A stretch of DNA of 64,000 nt from Patescibacteria group bacterium (GCA_041671325.1 JBAZBR010000001.1:327126-391125); one strand, 5' to 3'; counted from the stretch's first letter, positions 38,535-47,939 are shown. Notes: generated by a model not told the origin, from the sequence alone. Numbers and translations: made by a program.

Positions 38535-40083
38535 AAGGCAGGTTGACGGGCACTTCTGGTTCTTTTATTTCAGGTTGTTGGATTGAAGTTTGAGGTTGAG
38601 CCGGAAATTGCTGTTGAGGTGCTGTATACATTGGTTGTTTAGGCAGGGCCATGGGTGGGCTGGCTTTTGGGTGCATAGAAACTGAGTGAACTTTTTGGAT
38701 AGGCAGAGGACTTTCAAAAGGCAGGGATGAGGGTGCGCCAGAACGTTTAGTTTCGGTCTTTTGAACTTGTCCGGCTTTTACATCAATGGTTGGGGGGTGG
38801 AATATAGTCGCTAGTTCTTCAACATTCAAGTACATTGGAGTACGTCCGCGCCATATTGACCTAGATCTATAATTGTTTAAATTCCTTTTCTTTCTCAAAA
38901 TCAGCCTTCTTTCTTTGAAAAAGACGATATCGCTGGTTTTTGTAAATTTATTGAATGTAAACAAATTACAATCTTGCAGGGTAAATTGTTTCAAGGCACC
39001 GACTACGCCATTAACACCCCTGGCCTTGCTAAATGGTTTAATGCCGTCTGGCCCAGGGGTTTTCTTGCCCCAATAAATAAATCTCCCTTTCACTTTAAAT
39101 GCCACTTTGGTCAATTTCATTTGGACTTGGGTGACGGTATCTCTTTCCCCCGGTGATAAATGAAGCATTAAGGTCGGTGGCTCTTCCCTTTTAAATTTTT
39201 CCTGTTCATGACTAATTGGGATCAAAGAGGCAGTAAGTGATTCACGTACTCCTTTGACTACATTCGCGGGAATTTCAAAAGGATTACCGGAACTTTTTCC
39301 TTTTCTGCCAATTAGTTTATTAACAATATTTTTTGCTTGCTCGCGCCATTCGGCGGGATAATCCACTGTCTCTTGTTGCAAAACCCATTGGAGCCAAATT
39401 TGTTCATCCGGGCTGATGCGGTTCATTATTTCTAAAAGCGCAGCCATCGGGTCTATTAATTTTTGACTCATGCTGTGCTCAAATAACGGATAAGTCCGAA
39501 TAGGATAACAGCTCGGCATAAGAAGTTGAATTTGGGCAGACCAGCAATCCCATTCCTCATGTGGTATTTCGGCTGGCTTGGGCATTAAATCAACATAATC
39601 TTCTACTTCAGTAATTTCCGCATCTGGGTATTGGGCGTAAACTGCAGACTCGATAATTTCCCGATGAACTATTAGACATCTCACAAAGAATTGGACATAA
39701 CCGCCCAGACTGACGACTTCAACTGACATGCTGGGTGGGACAAAACCATAACCAAAAAATTCAGTAAATGGTAAGCCCCATTTTTCAGGGAATATGGGAG
39801 CTTTTGAAATACCATTAAAATGGGCGAACATCTGCTCAGCGGCTTTCGGGGTTTGTTCACTGTCTTTAGGTACATCAATGGCCAAAAGCACGTACCTGCC
39901 TGCATAGTATTTATTTATGTACCGCCTGGTAACAAAATCCCACCAAACATATTTTAAACCAACTATAAAGGTTATGACGACTGCAATCCAGCCTCCATTC
40001 TGAAAGAGAAACCACATCATTAAAATTGGGTTGGCTGATGAAGTTCGGAAAGCTTCAGCCATGCCTGAAAGATCTATTATCAT
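38524..40083 (-). CDS. Membrane-anchored hypothetical protein (519 aa). Candidate membrane partner of the ATPase.
   Basis: N-terminal hydrophobic hairpin (ILMMWFLFQNGGWIAVVITFIVGL) and a large soluble region without known motifs. Pro/Gln-rich C-terminus. It overlaps the ATPase gene by 11 nt. Confidence 0.6.
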   Translation of the reverse strand: MIIDLSGMAEAFRTSSANPILMMWFLFQNGGWIAVVITFIVGLKYVWWDFVTRRYINKYYAGRYVLLAIDVPKDSEQTPKAAEQMFAHFNGISKAPIFPEKWGLPFTEFFGYGFVPPSMSVEVVSLGGYVQFFVRCLIVHREIIESAVYAQYPDAEITEVEDYVDLMPKPAEIPHEEWDCWSAQIQLLMPSCYPIRTYPLFEHSMSQKLIDPMAALLEIMNRISPDEQIWLQWVLQQETVDYPAEWREQAKNIVNKLIGRKGKSSGNPFEIPANVVKGVRESLTASLIPISHEQEKFKREEPPTLMLHLSPGERDTVTQVQMKLTKVAFKVKGRFIYWGKKTPGPDGIKPFSKARGVNGVVGALKQFTLQDCNLFTFNKFTKTSDIVFFKERRLILRKKRNLNNYRSRSIWRGRTPMYLNVEELATIFHPPTIDVKAGQVQKTETKRSGAPSSLPFESPLPIQKVHSVSMHPKASPPMALPKQPMYTAPQQQFPAQPQTSIQQPEIKEPEVPVNLPFVE

Positions 40084-40089
40084 GTTGGT

Positions 40090-41232
40090 TTAATTGGGAT
40101 TTGCTTTTTCAAGTAAAATATATTCACCTGATGGAAGTTTTGTAAATTTACTGTGATTTGTTAAAGCTAATTGAATAGTATTTTTTTTCACCATCCGCTG
40201 CTTTAAAACTTCTTCAACTAATTCATCTCTTTTCATTGACCGTCCTGATTTTTTTAAAACCTCGGCCAAAATATCAGCAACAACGCCTGGCTTATATCCC
40301 CATTCTTTTAAGGCATATATTCCCCTACCGACTAAAACATACCGGCTGTTTAAAATCAGTTCATTATGCACAGTTGGTGGATAAGCAACCCGATGATCAA
40401 ACTTTGTTTGATTTATAAGTTTGGTAATTTCGTTAAAATGCAAAGGTTTATTAGCTTTCTTTAAAATCAGATATATTTTGTCATTCATCCTTTTTGGAAT
40501 TATAGAACCCCATCCGACCAGGCCATATTCATTATATGGATTTTTTGCAATTTGCTTGCTTATATCAATATAAGATAAAATAGCCTCATCACTTAATTGG
40601 AACCTGTGTTCCTCGCCAAATTTTGTTTTTCTAATTTTTTCTATTAATTCCGAAACTTTTAAAGGTTTGCTTTCTGCTTGTAAAATTTCTTCAGCTTGAG
40701 TTATGGTCTCAGTCACTAAATGAATGGGTGCAGTTTTTAATTGCCATGCAGTATGAAAATTTTCATTAATAACGAAATTCTTTAGTTTATCTGTTAATAT
40801 AAAACGCATGACAAATAAAGTTGCGGATTTAGCCGATTGTTGGTCTTCCTTGATATCCAAAATTTGGCTTAGGAAATTTTCTTCCTTAATGATTCCCCCA
40901 TGATTATTGATTACATTAATAATTGCATCAGCCAAATGTTGGACTTGATTGGCGGTTTGAGTGAATTTTTTTATTTTTGAAATTGCCCCGGACTCAATTT
41001 GCCGGATTCTCTCTCTGGTCACTTTATAAATTTCACCGATTTGTTCAAGGGTTTCAGCTGGTTTTCCGTGCAGACCATAGCGACGACGTAAAACATCTTC
41101 TTCTCTTGAAGATAAGCTTTTTAGCAAATTCGAAATCACTTCAACAGGGTTGAAATGCTCAATTTCTTGATTTTGTTTCTGGTTTAAAACTCTGTCCAGA
41201 ATTGAACCTGTATTAGAAATCGGTCCACTCAT
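40090..41232 (-). CDS. DNA-binding protein with N-terminal sigma-70 region-4-like HTH and C-terminal HARE-HTH (RNAP delta-like) domain.
   Basis: REEDVLRRRYGL ... TLEQIGEIYKVTRERIRQIESGAISKIKK has the sigma region 4 pattern. The C-terminus PLHFNEITKLI ... YVLVGRGIYALKEWGY matches the HARE-HTH of RpoE/delta. Confidence 0.6.
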   Translation of the reverse strand: MSGPISNTGSILDRVLNQKQNQEIEHFNPVEVISNLLKSLSSREEDVLRRRYGLHGKPAETLEQIGEIYKVTRERIRQIESGAISKIKKFTQTANQVQHLADAIINVINNHGGIIKEENFLSQILDIKEDQQSAKSATLFVMRFILTDKLKNFVINENFHTAWQLKTAPIHLVTETITQAEEILQAESKPLKVSELIEKIRKTKFGEEHRFQLSDEAILSYIDISKQIAKNPYNEYGLVGWGSIIPKRMNDKIYLILKKANKPLHFNEITKLINQTKFDHRVAYPPTVHNELILNSRYVLVGRGIYALKEWGYKPGVVADILAEVLKKSGRSMKRDELVEEVLKQRMVKKNTIQLALTNHSKFTKLPSGEYILLEKANPN

Positions 41233-41348
41233 AAGGCTAAATATTAATAACTTGTATTAATATAGCACTTTATTGTTATACTGTCAAGTTTTTATTATAA
41301 AACAAAATTTAACCTTACTTGAAGTTCAAGCTTTATAATATATTAGTC

Positions 41349-42251
41349 TTAATTTTTTTTCTTTTGCCTGAAATTGTTCCAAGTAACCAATATTGGAGAA
41401 GCTACAAAGATTGATGAATATGTACCTGAAGCAATGCCTATAAGCAATGCTAAAACAAAGTTCCTGATTGTATTGCCTCCGAATAACACTAAAGCAAATA
41501 AAATTAACAGAGCCGTCATGGAAGTATTTATTGATCTGACCATAGTTTGGTTCATGCTCTCATTGACCACTTCTTCATAAGTTTTGCCAGTTGAGGAAAT
41601 TAATCTTTCCCGAATTCTATCGTAAACAACAATCGTATCATGCACTGAAAAACCTAAAATTGTAAGCAAAGCAGTAACGAATAGGGTGTCAATTTCTATG
41701 CCAAAAAAATGCCCGAAGATTGAAAAAATACCTATGACCATAATCATATCGTGAACCAAAGCGATAATGGCACTGACGCCATATATCCAAGAAGGAACAG
41801 GACCTACAGACACTTTTCTGAATGCCCAAGTAATGTATAAAATAATCAAAATTAAAACTATGGCCATTGCGGTTATGGATTTTCTTTTCAACTCGGAGCC
41901 GATGGTTGGGCCGATTGTTTCAAAACTGTTTTCAGTTATTTTTTCATCAAATTTTTTCAAGTTGCTTAATATTTTTTCTTTTTGTGCATTGGTTATTGGT
42001 TCTAATCTCAGGCTTAAACCTTTTTCACCAGTCAATTGAATGCTGACATTTTTTACTTCCGCAACTTTTACAGCCTCGGTAATTTGCTGGGTTGAGGGAA
42101 CATTTTTTGAAAATTCCAAGCGCATTAATGATCCTCCGGTGAAATCAATGCCAAATTTAAAACCCCAAATAAACATTGAAAGAATTCCTGGAATCAATAA
42201 CAACAATGATAAGGTGTAATAATATTTCCTTTTCTGGATAATTGCGTACAT
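41349..42251 (-). CDS. secF: Protein translocase subunit SecF.
   Basis: 300 aa with six TM helices and SecF-like sequence throughout. It directly follows secD. Confidence 0.88.
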   Translation of the reverse strand: MYAIIQKRKYYYTLSLLLLIPGILSMFIWGFKFGIDFTGGSLMRLEFSKNVPSTQQITEAVKVAEVKNVSIQLTGEKGLSLRLEPITNAQKEKILSNLKKFDEKITENSFETIGPTIGSELKRKSITAMAIVLILIILYITWAFRKVSVGPVPSWIYGVSAIIALVHDMIMVIGIFSIFGHFFGIEIDTLFVTALLTILGFSVHDTIVVYDRIRERLISSTGKTYEEVVNESMNQTMVRSINTSMTALLILFALVLFGGNTIRNFVLALLIGIASGTYSSIFVASPILVTWNNFRQKKKN

Positions 42252-42255
42252 AATT

Positions 42256-43950
42256 TTATTCTTTAGATTTTTGCGGGTCTCTTAAGCCAAACCATTTTGG
42301 GTTTTTAACCCAATTAAATGTGGTTACCAACCTCAAGAGCATCCGGGTAACCGTGATTGCGGAAAATAAACTGACCACGATACCAATCAACAAGGTTATG
42401 GCAAAACCCTTGACAATACTTGAACCAAACCAAACTAAAATAAGCGAAGTGATTATGCTTGAAACATTTGAATCGCGAATTGACAGCCAAGCGCGTTTAA
42501 AGCCTTCTTCAATAGCAATTTCCAACGGCCGGCCGTTGTGCAGCTCTTCTTTGGTTCTTTCAAAAATTAAAATATTGGCGTCTAAAGCAATGCCTATTGA
42601 AAGGATAAACCCGGCTATGCCCGCTAAAGTCAAAGTAACCGGCCAAAGTTTGAAAATCGCCACAACTATTAGGGTGTATAAAACCAGAGCTAAAGAGGCT
42701 AATAATCCAGGTAGCCGATAAAAAACTATCATGAAAATAGCAACTACGATGATACCTAATAAGCCGGCAAAAATACTTCTAGCAATTGAATCATTACCCA
42801 GGGTTGCCCCGACAGTTTGTTGGCTAATCAAGTTAACTGGAACCGGTAAGGCCCCGGCGTTTAGTCTTTTCGCTAAATCTTTCGCCTCTTTTAAAGTGAA
42901 ACTTCCGCTTATGACTGCTTCTCCGCCTGTAATTTCTTGATTAACCGTAGGATTACTGATAATTTGGCCGTCTAAAAAAATTGCCACGTTTTTGCCAATA
43001 TTTCTTTTGGTTATTTCTGCAAAAAGTTTTGTACCTTCGCTATTAAAACTTAAACTGACTTCAGGTTCACCGGTTGACTGGTTAAAAGCCACGCCGGCCC
43101 TTTGTAATTGTTTTCCTGAAAGCCCAGTATCTTTAAAGGCTATTTGGGTTTGGTCATTCGCAATAGTAAATAAAATATGCGCTCCTCTAACTTCTAAAAT
43201 ATCTTTTCCATCTTCCTGAATAGTTTTATCTTCAATTCTTTTAATGATATGGTAGCCGAATTCAGTTTTGACCAATTTTGGGTAAACTTGATCGTTTTTT
43301 AATTCATCAAAAAGAACTTTTTCGAATTCGGCGACAAAAGTGCCTTTTTTGGCAAAACCTAAATCCCCACCCTTTTGTTTTCCTGCTGAATCAGCATTGC
43401 TCGGATCTTGGGAATATTCATTAGCTAAAGCTGAAAAATCAGCATTTTTTACTAAAGCTTTTTTCAAAACTTCTTCTGCCTGTTTTTTAGTTGCCGCCTC
43501 TGCATCTATCTGAGCTTTTTTTTGAGCCTCAGTTTGGGTTTGATTTTGGTCAACTTCCTTAAATTCTAAAATTGGCGTATCGCCAATCATTTTAATTGCC
43601 TGGTCAATGTCTTTAATCCCGGCTAATTCAACAATTATCCGCCAACTATTTCCAGATTTACTGGTTTGAACCACTGGCTCAGAAACCCCAAAAGCGTTAA
43701 CTCGTCTTTCAATGACATCCCTAACGCTTTCCAAGGCTTGGGCTTGGTCACCGCTAACGATATTTTTTGTGTCAGCTTCGTAAATTAAAGATGAACCGCC
43801 TTGCAAGTCTAAGCCGAGCCGAAGGTCAAATTGTTTGCCAAATATTTTAATATTTGGAAGCAAATTTTTTGGTAAAGCAATATAGCTAACTACCAAACCA
43901 AGCACGATTATTAGCGAAAAATTAAGCCAAAGTTTTTTTCTAGAAGTCAT
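42256..43950 (-). CDS. secD: Protein translocase subunit SecD.
   Basis: N-terminal TM helix, large periplasmic domain and a C-terminal six-TM bundle. Paired with secF. Confidence 0.88.
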   Translation of the reverse strand: MTSRKKLWLNFSLIIVLGLVVSYIALPKNLLPNIKIFGKQFDLRLGLDLQGGSSLIYEADTKNIVSGDQAQALESVRDVIERRVNAFGVSEPVVQTSKSGNSWRIIVELAGIKDIDQAIKMIGDTPILEFKEVDQNQTQTEAQKKAQIDAEAATKKQAEEVLKKALVKNADFSALANEYSQDPSNADSAGKQKGGDLGFAKKGTFVAEFEKVLFDELKNDQVYPKLVKTEFGYHIIKRIEDKTIQEDGKDILEVRGAHILFTIANDQTQIAFKDTGLSGKQLQRAGVAFNQSTGEPEVSLSFNSEGTKLFAEITKRNIGKNVAIFLDGQIISNPTVNQEITGGEAVISGSFTLKEAKDLAKRLNAGALPVPVNLISQQTVGATLGNDSIARSIFAGLLGIIVVAIFMIVFYRLPGLLASLALVLYTLIVVAIFKLWPVTLTLAGIAGFILSIGIALDANILIFERTKEELHNGRPLEIAIEEGFKRAWLSIRDSNVSSIITSLILVWFGSSIVKGFAITLLIGIVVSLFSAITVTRMLLRLVTTFNWVKNPKWFGLRDPQKSKE

Positions 43951-44013
43951 TTAAAATATAAAAAAACGCCAAGTTAGATTATTCTAACATGCTCAGATTA
44001 AATTTGGCAAGAC

Positions 44014-45411
44014 TTAATTTTGAACTCTGACTGGAGTGCTGATTTCTGCCCATTTAAAAACTTCTTTTGATTCTGCGGGTGACAACCTAATGCAACCGTG
44101 TGAAACTCTAATGCCTAAATGTTTGACACCTTCATAATAAATGCCACCATTTTTTAACTTCCAGTATGGCAAGGAATGGATGCCATATGCGCCATCTGAT
44201 GTAAATGCCATCCAGTTATCCATATATAAACTGTATTTTCTTGAATAAGCAACGTTCATTTTATTTTTTATTGAAAAGTTACCCAAGGGCGTAGGCATTG
44301 ACCATTTACCCGTTGAAACCCTATAGGTTTTTATTAATTTGCCATTTTCATAGCGTTTCAGTTTTTGTTCGGAAATATCAACGACAATCAGCTTTCCAGA
44401 ACCGACGTTTTCATCCATTTGCTCAGAGCCTACGGGAACAACAATTATTTCTTGGTCACTATCTCCATCAACATTTGCGGTAGCCACAGAAAGCCCTTGG
44501 GTATAATTTTTCCCATACGGGAAGAATTTTATTTTACCTTTTTGGCCATTTGGCAAATAACTAATAACTTGGGCGGAAGTTCCTGGCGCATCAGCTAAAA
44601 CTATTTCATTTTTTGAACCCAAGGTGTTTTGATTTGAAATTTTCAAATTATTTGGAAAAATGTTAGAAGTTTTAAAAGTAGAAGTCAAATTACCATCAGC
44701 TTGGAAAACTTTGATTAAGGAATTTTTTTCAATTTTTGTAGTTACTATTTCAAAATTTCCATCATTGTTCAGGTCAAATGCCAAGGGAATCACACCAGTA
44801 CGGACATTTTTTGGATAAGCCCAAAATTCAGAAAGTTTTTTACCATCTTGATTAAAAATGGCCACTCTCGGTCCACCGCCTTTGCCAGGCGCAGTAATAA
44901 TTTCATCAATTTTATCGCCATTAACATCGGCAACGTCCATATATACCCCGCCCTTAAATCCTTTTTCATAAGCTAAAAAAGTTTTAAGTTTTTTACCATT
45001 TAAATCAAATATCCAGATTTCAGGTGTAGTACCTTGGCCAAAGCTTGTAATGATTTCTTTTTTCCCATCATTATTAATATCACCGATTGCAACCCTGATA
45101 GCCGGTTTATTTTTAACATTTTTTAAATTGATGTTTTTTAAAATCCAACCGTCATTTTTCAAAATCCTTATCCCGGGATTTTTTCCGGTTGCGGTCCCGT
45201 AAATTATTTCAACTGCGCCATCATTATTCAAATCCGCCGCGGCAATATTTACACCAGCTGGGATATTTGAGATTTTCCTAATTAGCTTGCCATTAGCTTC
45301 AAAAATTCCAGCTTGAATAGTAGCGGCTTGGCTGTTTTTAATGACAACAAATGACCCCAGTAAAAAAATACTGAATATAAAAAGTCTAATAATTACTAGT
45401 TTTTTATTCAT
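44014..45411 (-). CDS. Secreted L,D-transpeptidase (YkuD domain) with N-terminal FG-GAP/VCBS-like repeats.
   Basis: The C-terminus has the YkuD catalytic motif SHGCIRL. Repeated DxNxDGxxEI motifs. Signal peptide MNKKLVII... The start was moved to the ATG at 45411. Confidence 0.8.
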   Translation of the reverse strand: MNKKLVIIRLFIFSIFLLGSFVVIKNSQAATIQAGIFEANGKLIRKISNIPAGVNIAAADLNNDGAVEIIYGTATGKNPGIRILKNDGWILKNINLKNVKNKPAIRVAIGDINNDGKKEIITSFGQGTTPEIWIFDLNGKKLKTFLAYEKGFKGGVYMDVADVNGDKIDEIITAPGKGGGPRVAIFNQDGKKLSEFWAYPKNVRTGVIPLAFDLNNDGNFEIVTTKIEKNSLIKVFQADGNLTSTFKTSNIFPNNLKISNQNTLGSKNEIVLADAPGTSAQVISYLPNGQKGKIKFFPYGKNYTQGLSVATANVDGDSDQEIIVVPVGSEQMDENVGSGKLIVVDISEQKLKRYENGKLIKTYRVSTGKWSMPTPLGNFSIKNKMNVAYSRKYSLYMDNWMAFTSDGAYGIHSLPYWKLKNGGIYYEGVKHLGIRVSHGCIRLSPAESKEVFKWAEISTPVRVQN

Positions 45412-45442
45412 TTTTATTTTTATTTTAAGCCTTAATATTACT

Positions 45443-45471
45443 ATCTTAACACAAAATTGACATAAAGTCAA
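45443..45471 (-). promoter_or_regulatory. Putative promoter of the L,D-transpeptidase gene.
   Basis: On the minus strand: TTGACT, 17 bp, TAAGAT, about 30 bp upstream of the ATG. Confidence 0.4.
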
Positions 45472-45503
45472 CAAAGTTATGCTGTTTTAATTATATTAAT
45501 TTA

Positions 45504-45764
45504 TTAGATTTTATTTCCTTTTAACTTCTGAACTCTTTGAATAAATTCTTTAATATCATCTGGATGTATGCCAATTATTTCAGTTTCACCACCAATTTTC
45601 TTAGTTTGGAACCTTAATCCTTCACCTAGATTCCCATATCCAAGCAAACCAAGCGCATAGCGCTTGGCATATTGAGTCTGCATGCCAAGTCTGTTCAAAC
45701 AGATATCTGTAAAATCTAGATAATTTCCAGTATTACTTTCTGCCTTGTTTTCAAAAGATTCCAT
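45504..45764 (-). CDS. Small hypothetical protein (86 aa).
   Basis: Intact ORF in a co-directional run. No recognisable motif. Confidence 0.4.
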   Translation of the reverse strand: MESFENKAESNTGNYLDFTDICLNRLGMQTQYAKRYALGLLGYGNLGEGLRFQTKKIGGETEIIGIHPDDIKEFIQRVQKLKGNKI

Positions 45765-45782
45765 TTTTAATAATGTTTAAAT

Positions 45783-46211
45783 TTATAGATCTTCTTCGGA
45801 AATTACTTTGATCTTGTGCTTTTTTAATAGTTTTGTTGTAACCCCATCACCTTTGATTATTTTTCCAGAAAAAGAACCGTCGTAAATTTGGCCAGAGCCG
45901 CAGGAAGGGCTTCTTTGTTTTAAAATGGCTTGTCTTGCTTTAAACATTTTCGCGATTTTTAAAACCTGGGTTGCGCCCTGACTAAAATTTTTTGTTACGT
46001 CTTTACCCGATTTGGTAAAAACTTTTTTGCCTTTTTGTTCAGCTGGTTCTCTAGGGGTAGTTAAACCACCAAGCTGTTCAGGACAAACTGGAATTAAATA
46101 ACTATCTTTTGAAAGTTTAATAAATTTCTTATTGCTTTTAATTTTACCATCATAACGACATTTAATACCCAGTAAACATGCGCTGCAAATTATCTTTTCT
46201 TTTTTTGACAT
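45783..46211 (-). CDS. DUF523 family protein (TudS-like 2-thiouracil desulfidase fold, putative Fe-S).
   Basis: N-terminal CSACLLGIKCRYDG, the cysteine signature of DUF523/YbbK. Confidence 0.6.
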   Translation of the reverse strand: MSKKEKIICSACLLGIKCRYDGKIKSNKKFIKLSKDSYLIPVCPEQLGGLTTPREPAEQKGKKVFTKSGKDVTKNFSQGATQVLKIAKMFKARQAILKQRSPSCGSGQIYDGSFSGKIIKGDGVTTKLLKKHKIKVISEEDL

Positions 46212-46226
46212 AAGTATATTTTAATT

Positions 46227-46799
46227 TTAATCCCACGGAATAACCTTAAGCTTTGGCCAAACTTTTACCCAGCCCTTAACTTTGTCTTCATAGATTTTTT
46301 TGGTAATCAATGGTTTATTTGGCCTGACCACCATATTAAAGAGATCATCGAAATCAAAGGGCGAATAAACTTGAATTTTTCCAGCAGTGTCCTTTTTGAT
46401 GCCGACACAGGTTGCGGTTGTGGGCCAGGTACTAATAGCTTCTTCCACGGATTTATATTGTTCAATTGATTTACCAAAATGTTTTTCATACCAAAGGTAA
46501 ACCCTGGCCTCATTTACTATTTCCACCAAAACTGGAATTTCTTTAAATAAAACTTTGCCTTTCTGGATATACTTGTCCTCAGCCTCATATGAAGTGTCTG
46601 TGGCATCATAATAGACTAGGTCATAATCTTTTATGCCGTTTTCTGGATCAAATCCAGATTTAATATTCCATATTGTCTGCGAAATGCAACCAGCGCCAAG
46701 ATACCAATCTGGCATGTTTAATTCCTGAGCATGAGCCAATATAAATTGAATGCTCTGATTTTTTTCAAGCATTTGTAATAGCAACTTTTCTTTTATCAT
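46227..46799 (-). CDS. NTP_transf_6-like minimal nucleotidyltransferase.
   Basis: WYLGAGCISQTIWN, DYDLVYYDATD, WPTTATCVGI and DDLFNMVVRPN match the family pattern. Confidence 0.55.
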   Translation of the reverse strand: MIKEKLLLQMLEKNQSIQFILAHAQELNMPDWYLGAGCISQTIWNIKSGFDPENGIKDYDLVYYDATDTSYEAEDKYIQKGKVLFKEIPVLVEIVNEARVYLWYEKHFGKSIEQYKSVEEAISTWPTTATCVGIKKDTAGKIQVYSPFDFDDLFNMVVRPNKPLITKKIYEDKVKGWVKVWPKLKVIPWD

Positions 46800-47341
46800 A
46801 ATAAACTAAGATAATCCAATCCTAAATACCCAACTTCTACATCTGTCATTTTGCCGCTTCTAAGTAGTTTTCGAAATTCGGTTAATCCAAGCAGTTTAAC
46901 TTCAGCAAATTCAGTATCATCTAACGATGGCTTTCCTACTTTCTTACATTCAGTAGCTACAAAGCAATATCGGTTAATTGTAGAATAAGCGCAGTCATAA
47001 CATCTAGTAACCAATTTAAGCTTACCTTTATAGCCGGTTTCTTCTAACAATTCCCTTTTGGCCGCTTCAATCGGACGTTCGTTTTTCTCAACTGCGCCGC
47101 CTGGCAATTCTAACAAAATTTTATCAGGACCTGGCCGATACTGTTTAACTAGGATTACCTGCTTTTTCTTTGTTAACGCCAAAATTCCTGCAGGAATGCT
47201 TTCGGCCTTCAGGTAAAAATCACTTTTTTTGCCACTGGGTAATTTATAAACTACTTTTTCAATTCCTCGACCATACTTCTTAAAAACCATCTCTTGAGAT
47301 AAAACTTTCCATTTTTTTAATTTAGTTGTATTCTTTTTCAC
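46796..47341 (-). CDS. NUDIX hydrolase.
   Basis: Nudix box GGAVEKNERPIEAAKRELLEETGY. Confidence 0.85.
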   Translation of the reverse strand: MKKNTTKLKKWKVLSQEMVFKKYGRGIEKVVYKLPSGKKSDFYLKAESIPAGILALTKKKQVILVKQYRPGPDKILLELPGGAVEKNERPIEAAKRELLEETGYKGKLKLVTRCYDCAYSTINRYCFVATECKKVGKPSLDDTEFAEVKLLGLTEFRKLLRSGKMTDVEVGYLGLDYLSLL

Positions 47342-47345
47342 GTTA

Positions 47346-47939
47346 TTATTTCTTAGATTTCTTTGCTTTTTTTATTACATTTTTTACAAATTTTGCTTTT
47401 TTAGCCGTATAAATTTCTCTTGAATTTTTATACTTATTAGCCAATTGTTCTTTTAATTTAGAATATACTCTCGCTTCTTTTTTATGATTGCGGAGATAAT
47501 CCCTAAACAAAATCATATCTAAGACGTAATTGCTACCGCTTTCGCCAATATGGAGGTAGTGTGTTCGGGATTCTTCTGGACCTTTTGTGAAAAATAATCT
47601 TTCTTTCCTTAGGTCGTTTTTCTTTTTTTGATAGCCAATCGCTTTCAACTTTTTCTCGTGGTTTGTTACTTTTTGAAGCGAATTAACGACTAAAACTATA
47701 TCAATAATTGGTTTAGCTTGTATTCCTGGAATAGCTGTGCTTCCGACATGTTGAATTTCTAAAGCGTCCAAACTAAAAATCTTGCTCAGTTTCTTTTGCT
47801 CCAAAAGGAAGCTCTGTAACCATTTTTGGTCATAACTAACTAATTTAACCGTTCCTCTTTTCAAGCCAATATTTGATTTGCTGATCCTACGCCCCATGGC
47901 ATTTTTTATCCCAGTAGTAGAGAAATAAGAATTTCTCAC
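47346..47939 (-). CDS. GrpB (UPF0157) family nucleotidyltransferase-fold protein.
   Basis: HVGSTAIPGIQAKPIIDI motif. The true start may be the internal Met near 47897. Confidence 0.7.
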   Translation of the reverse strand: MRNSYFSTTGIKNAMGRRISKSNIGLKRGTVKLVSYDQKWLQSFLLEQKKLSKIFSLDALEIQHVGSTAIPGIQAKPIIDIVLVVNSLQKVTNHEKKLKAIGYQKKKNDLRKERLFFTKGPEESRTHYLHIGESGSNYVLDMILFRDYLRNHKKEARVYSKLKEQLANKYKNSREIYTAKKAKFVKNVIKKAKKSKK

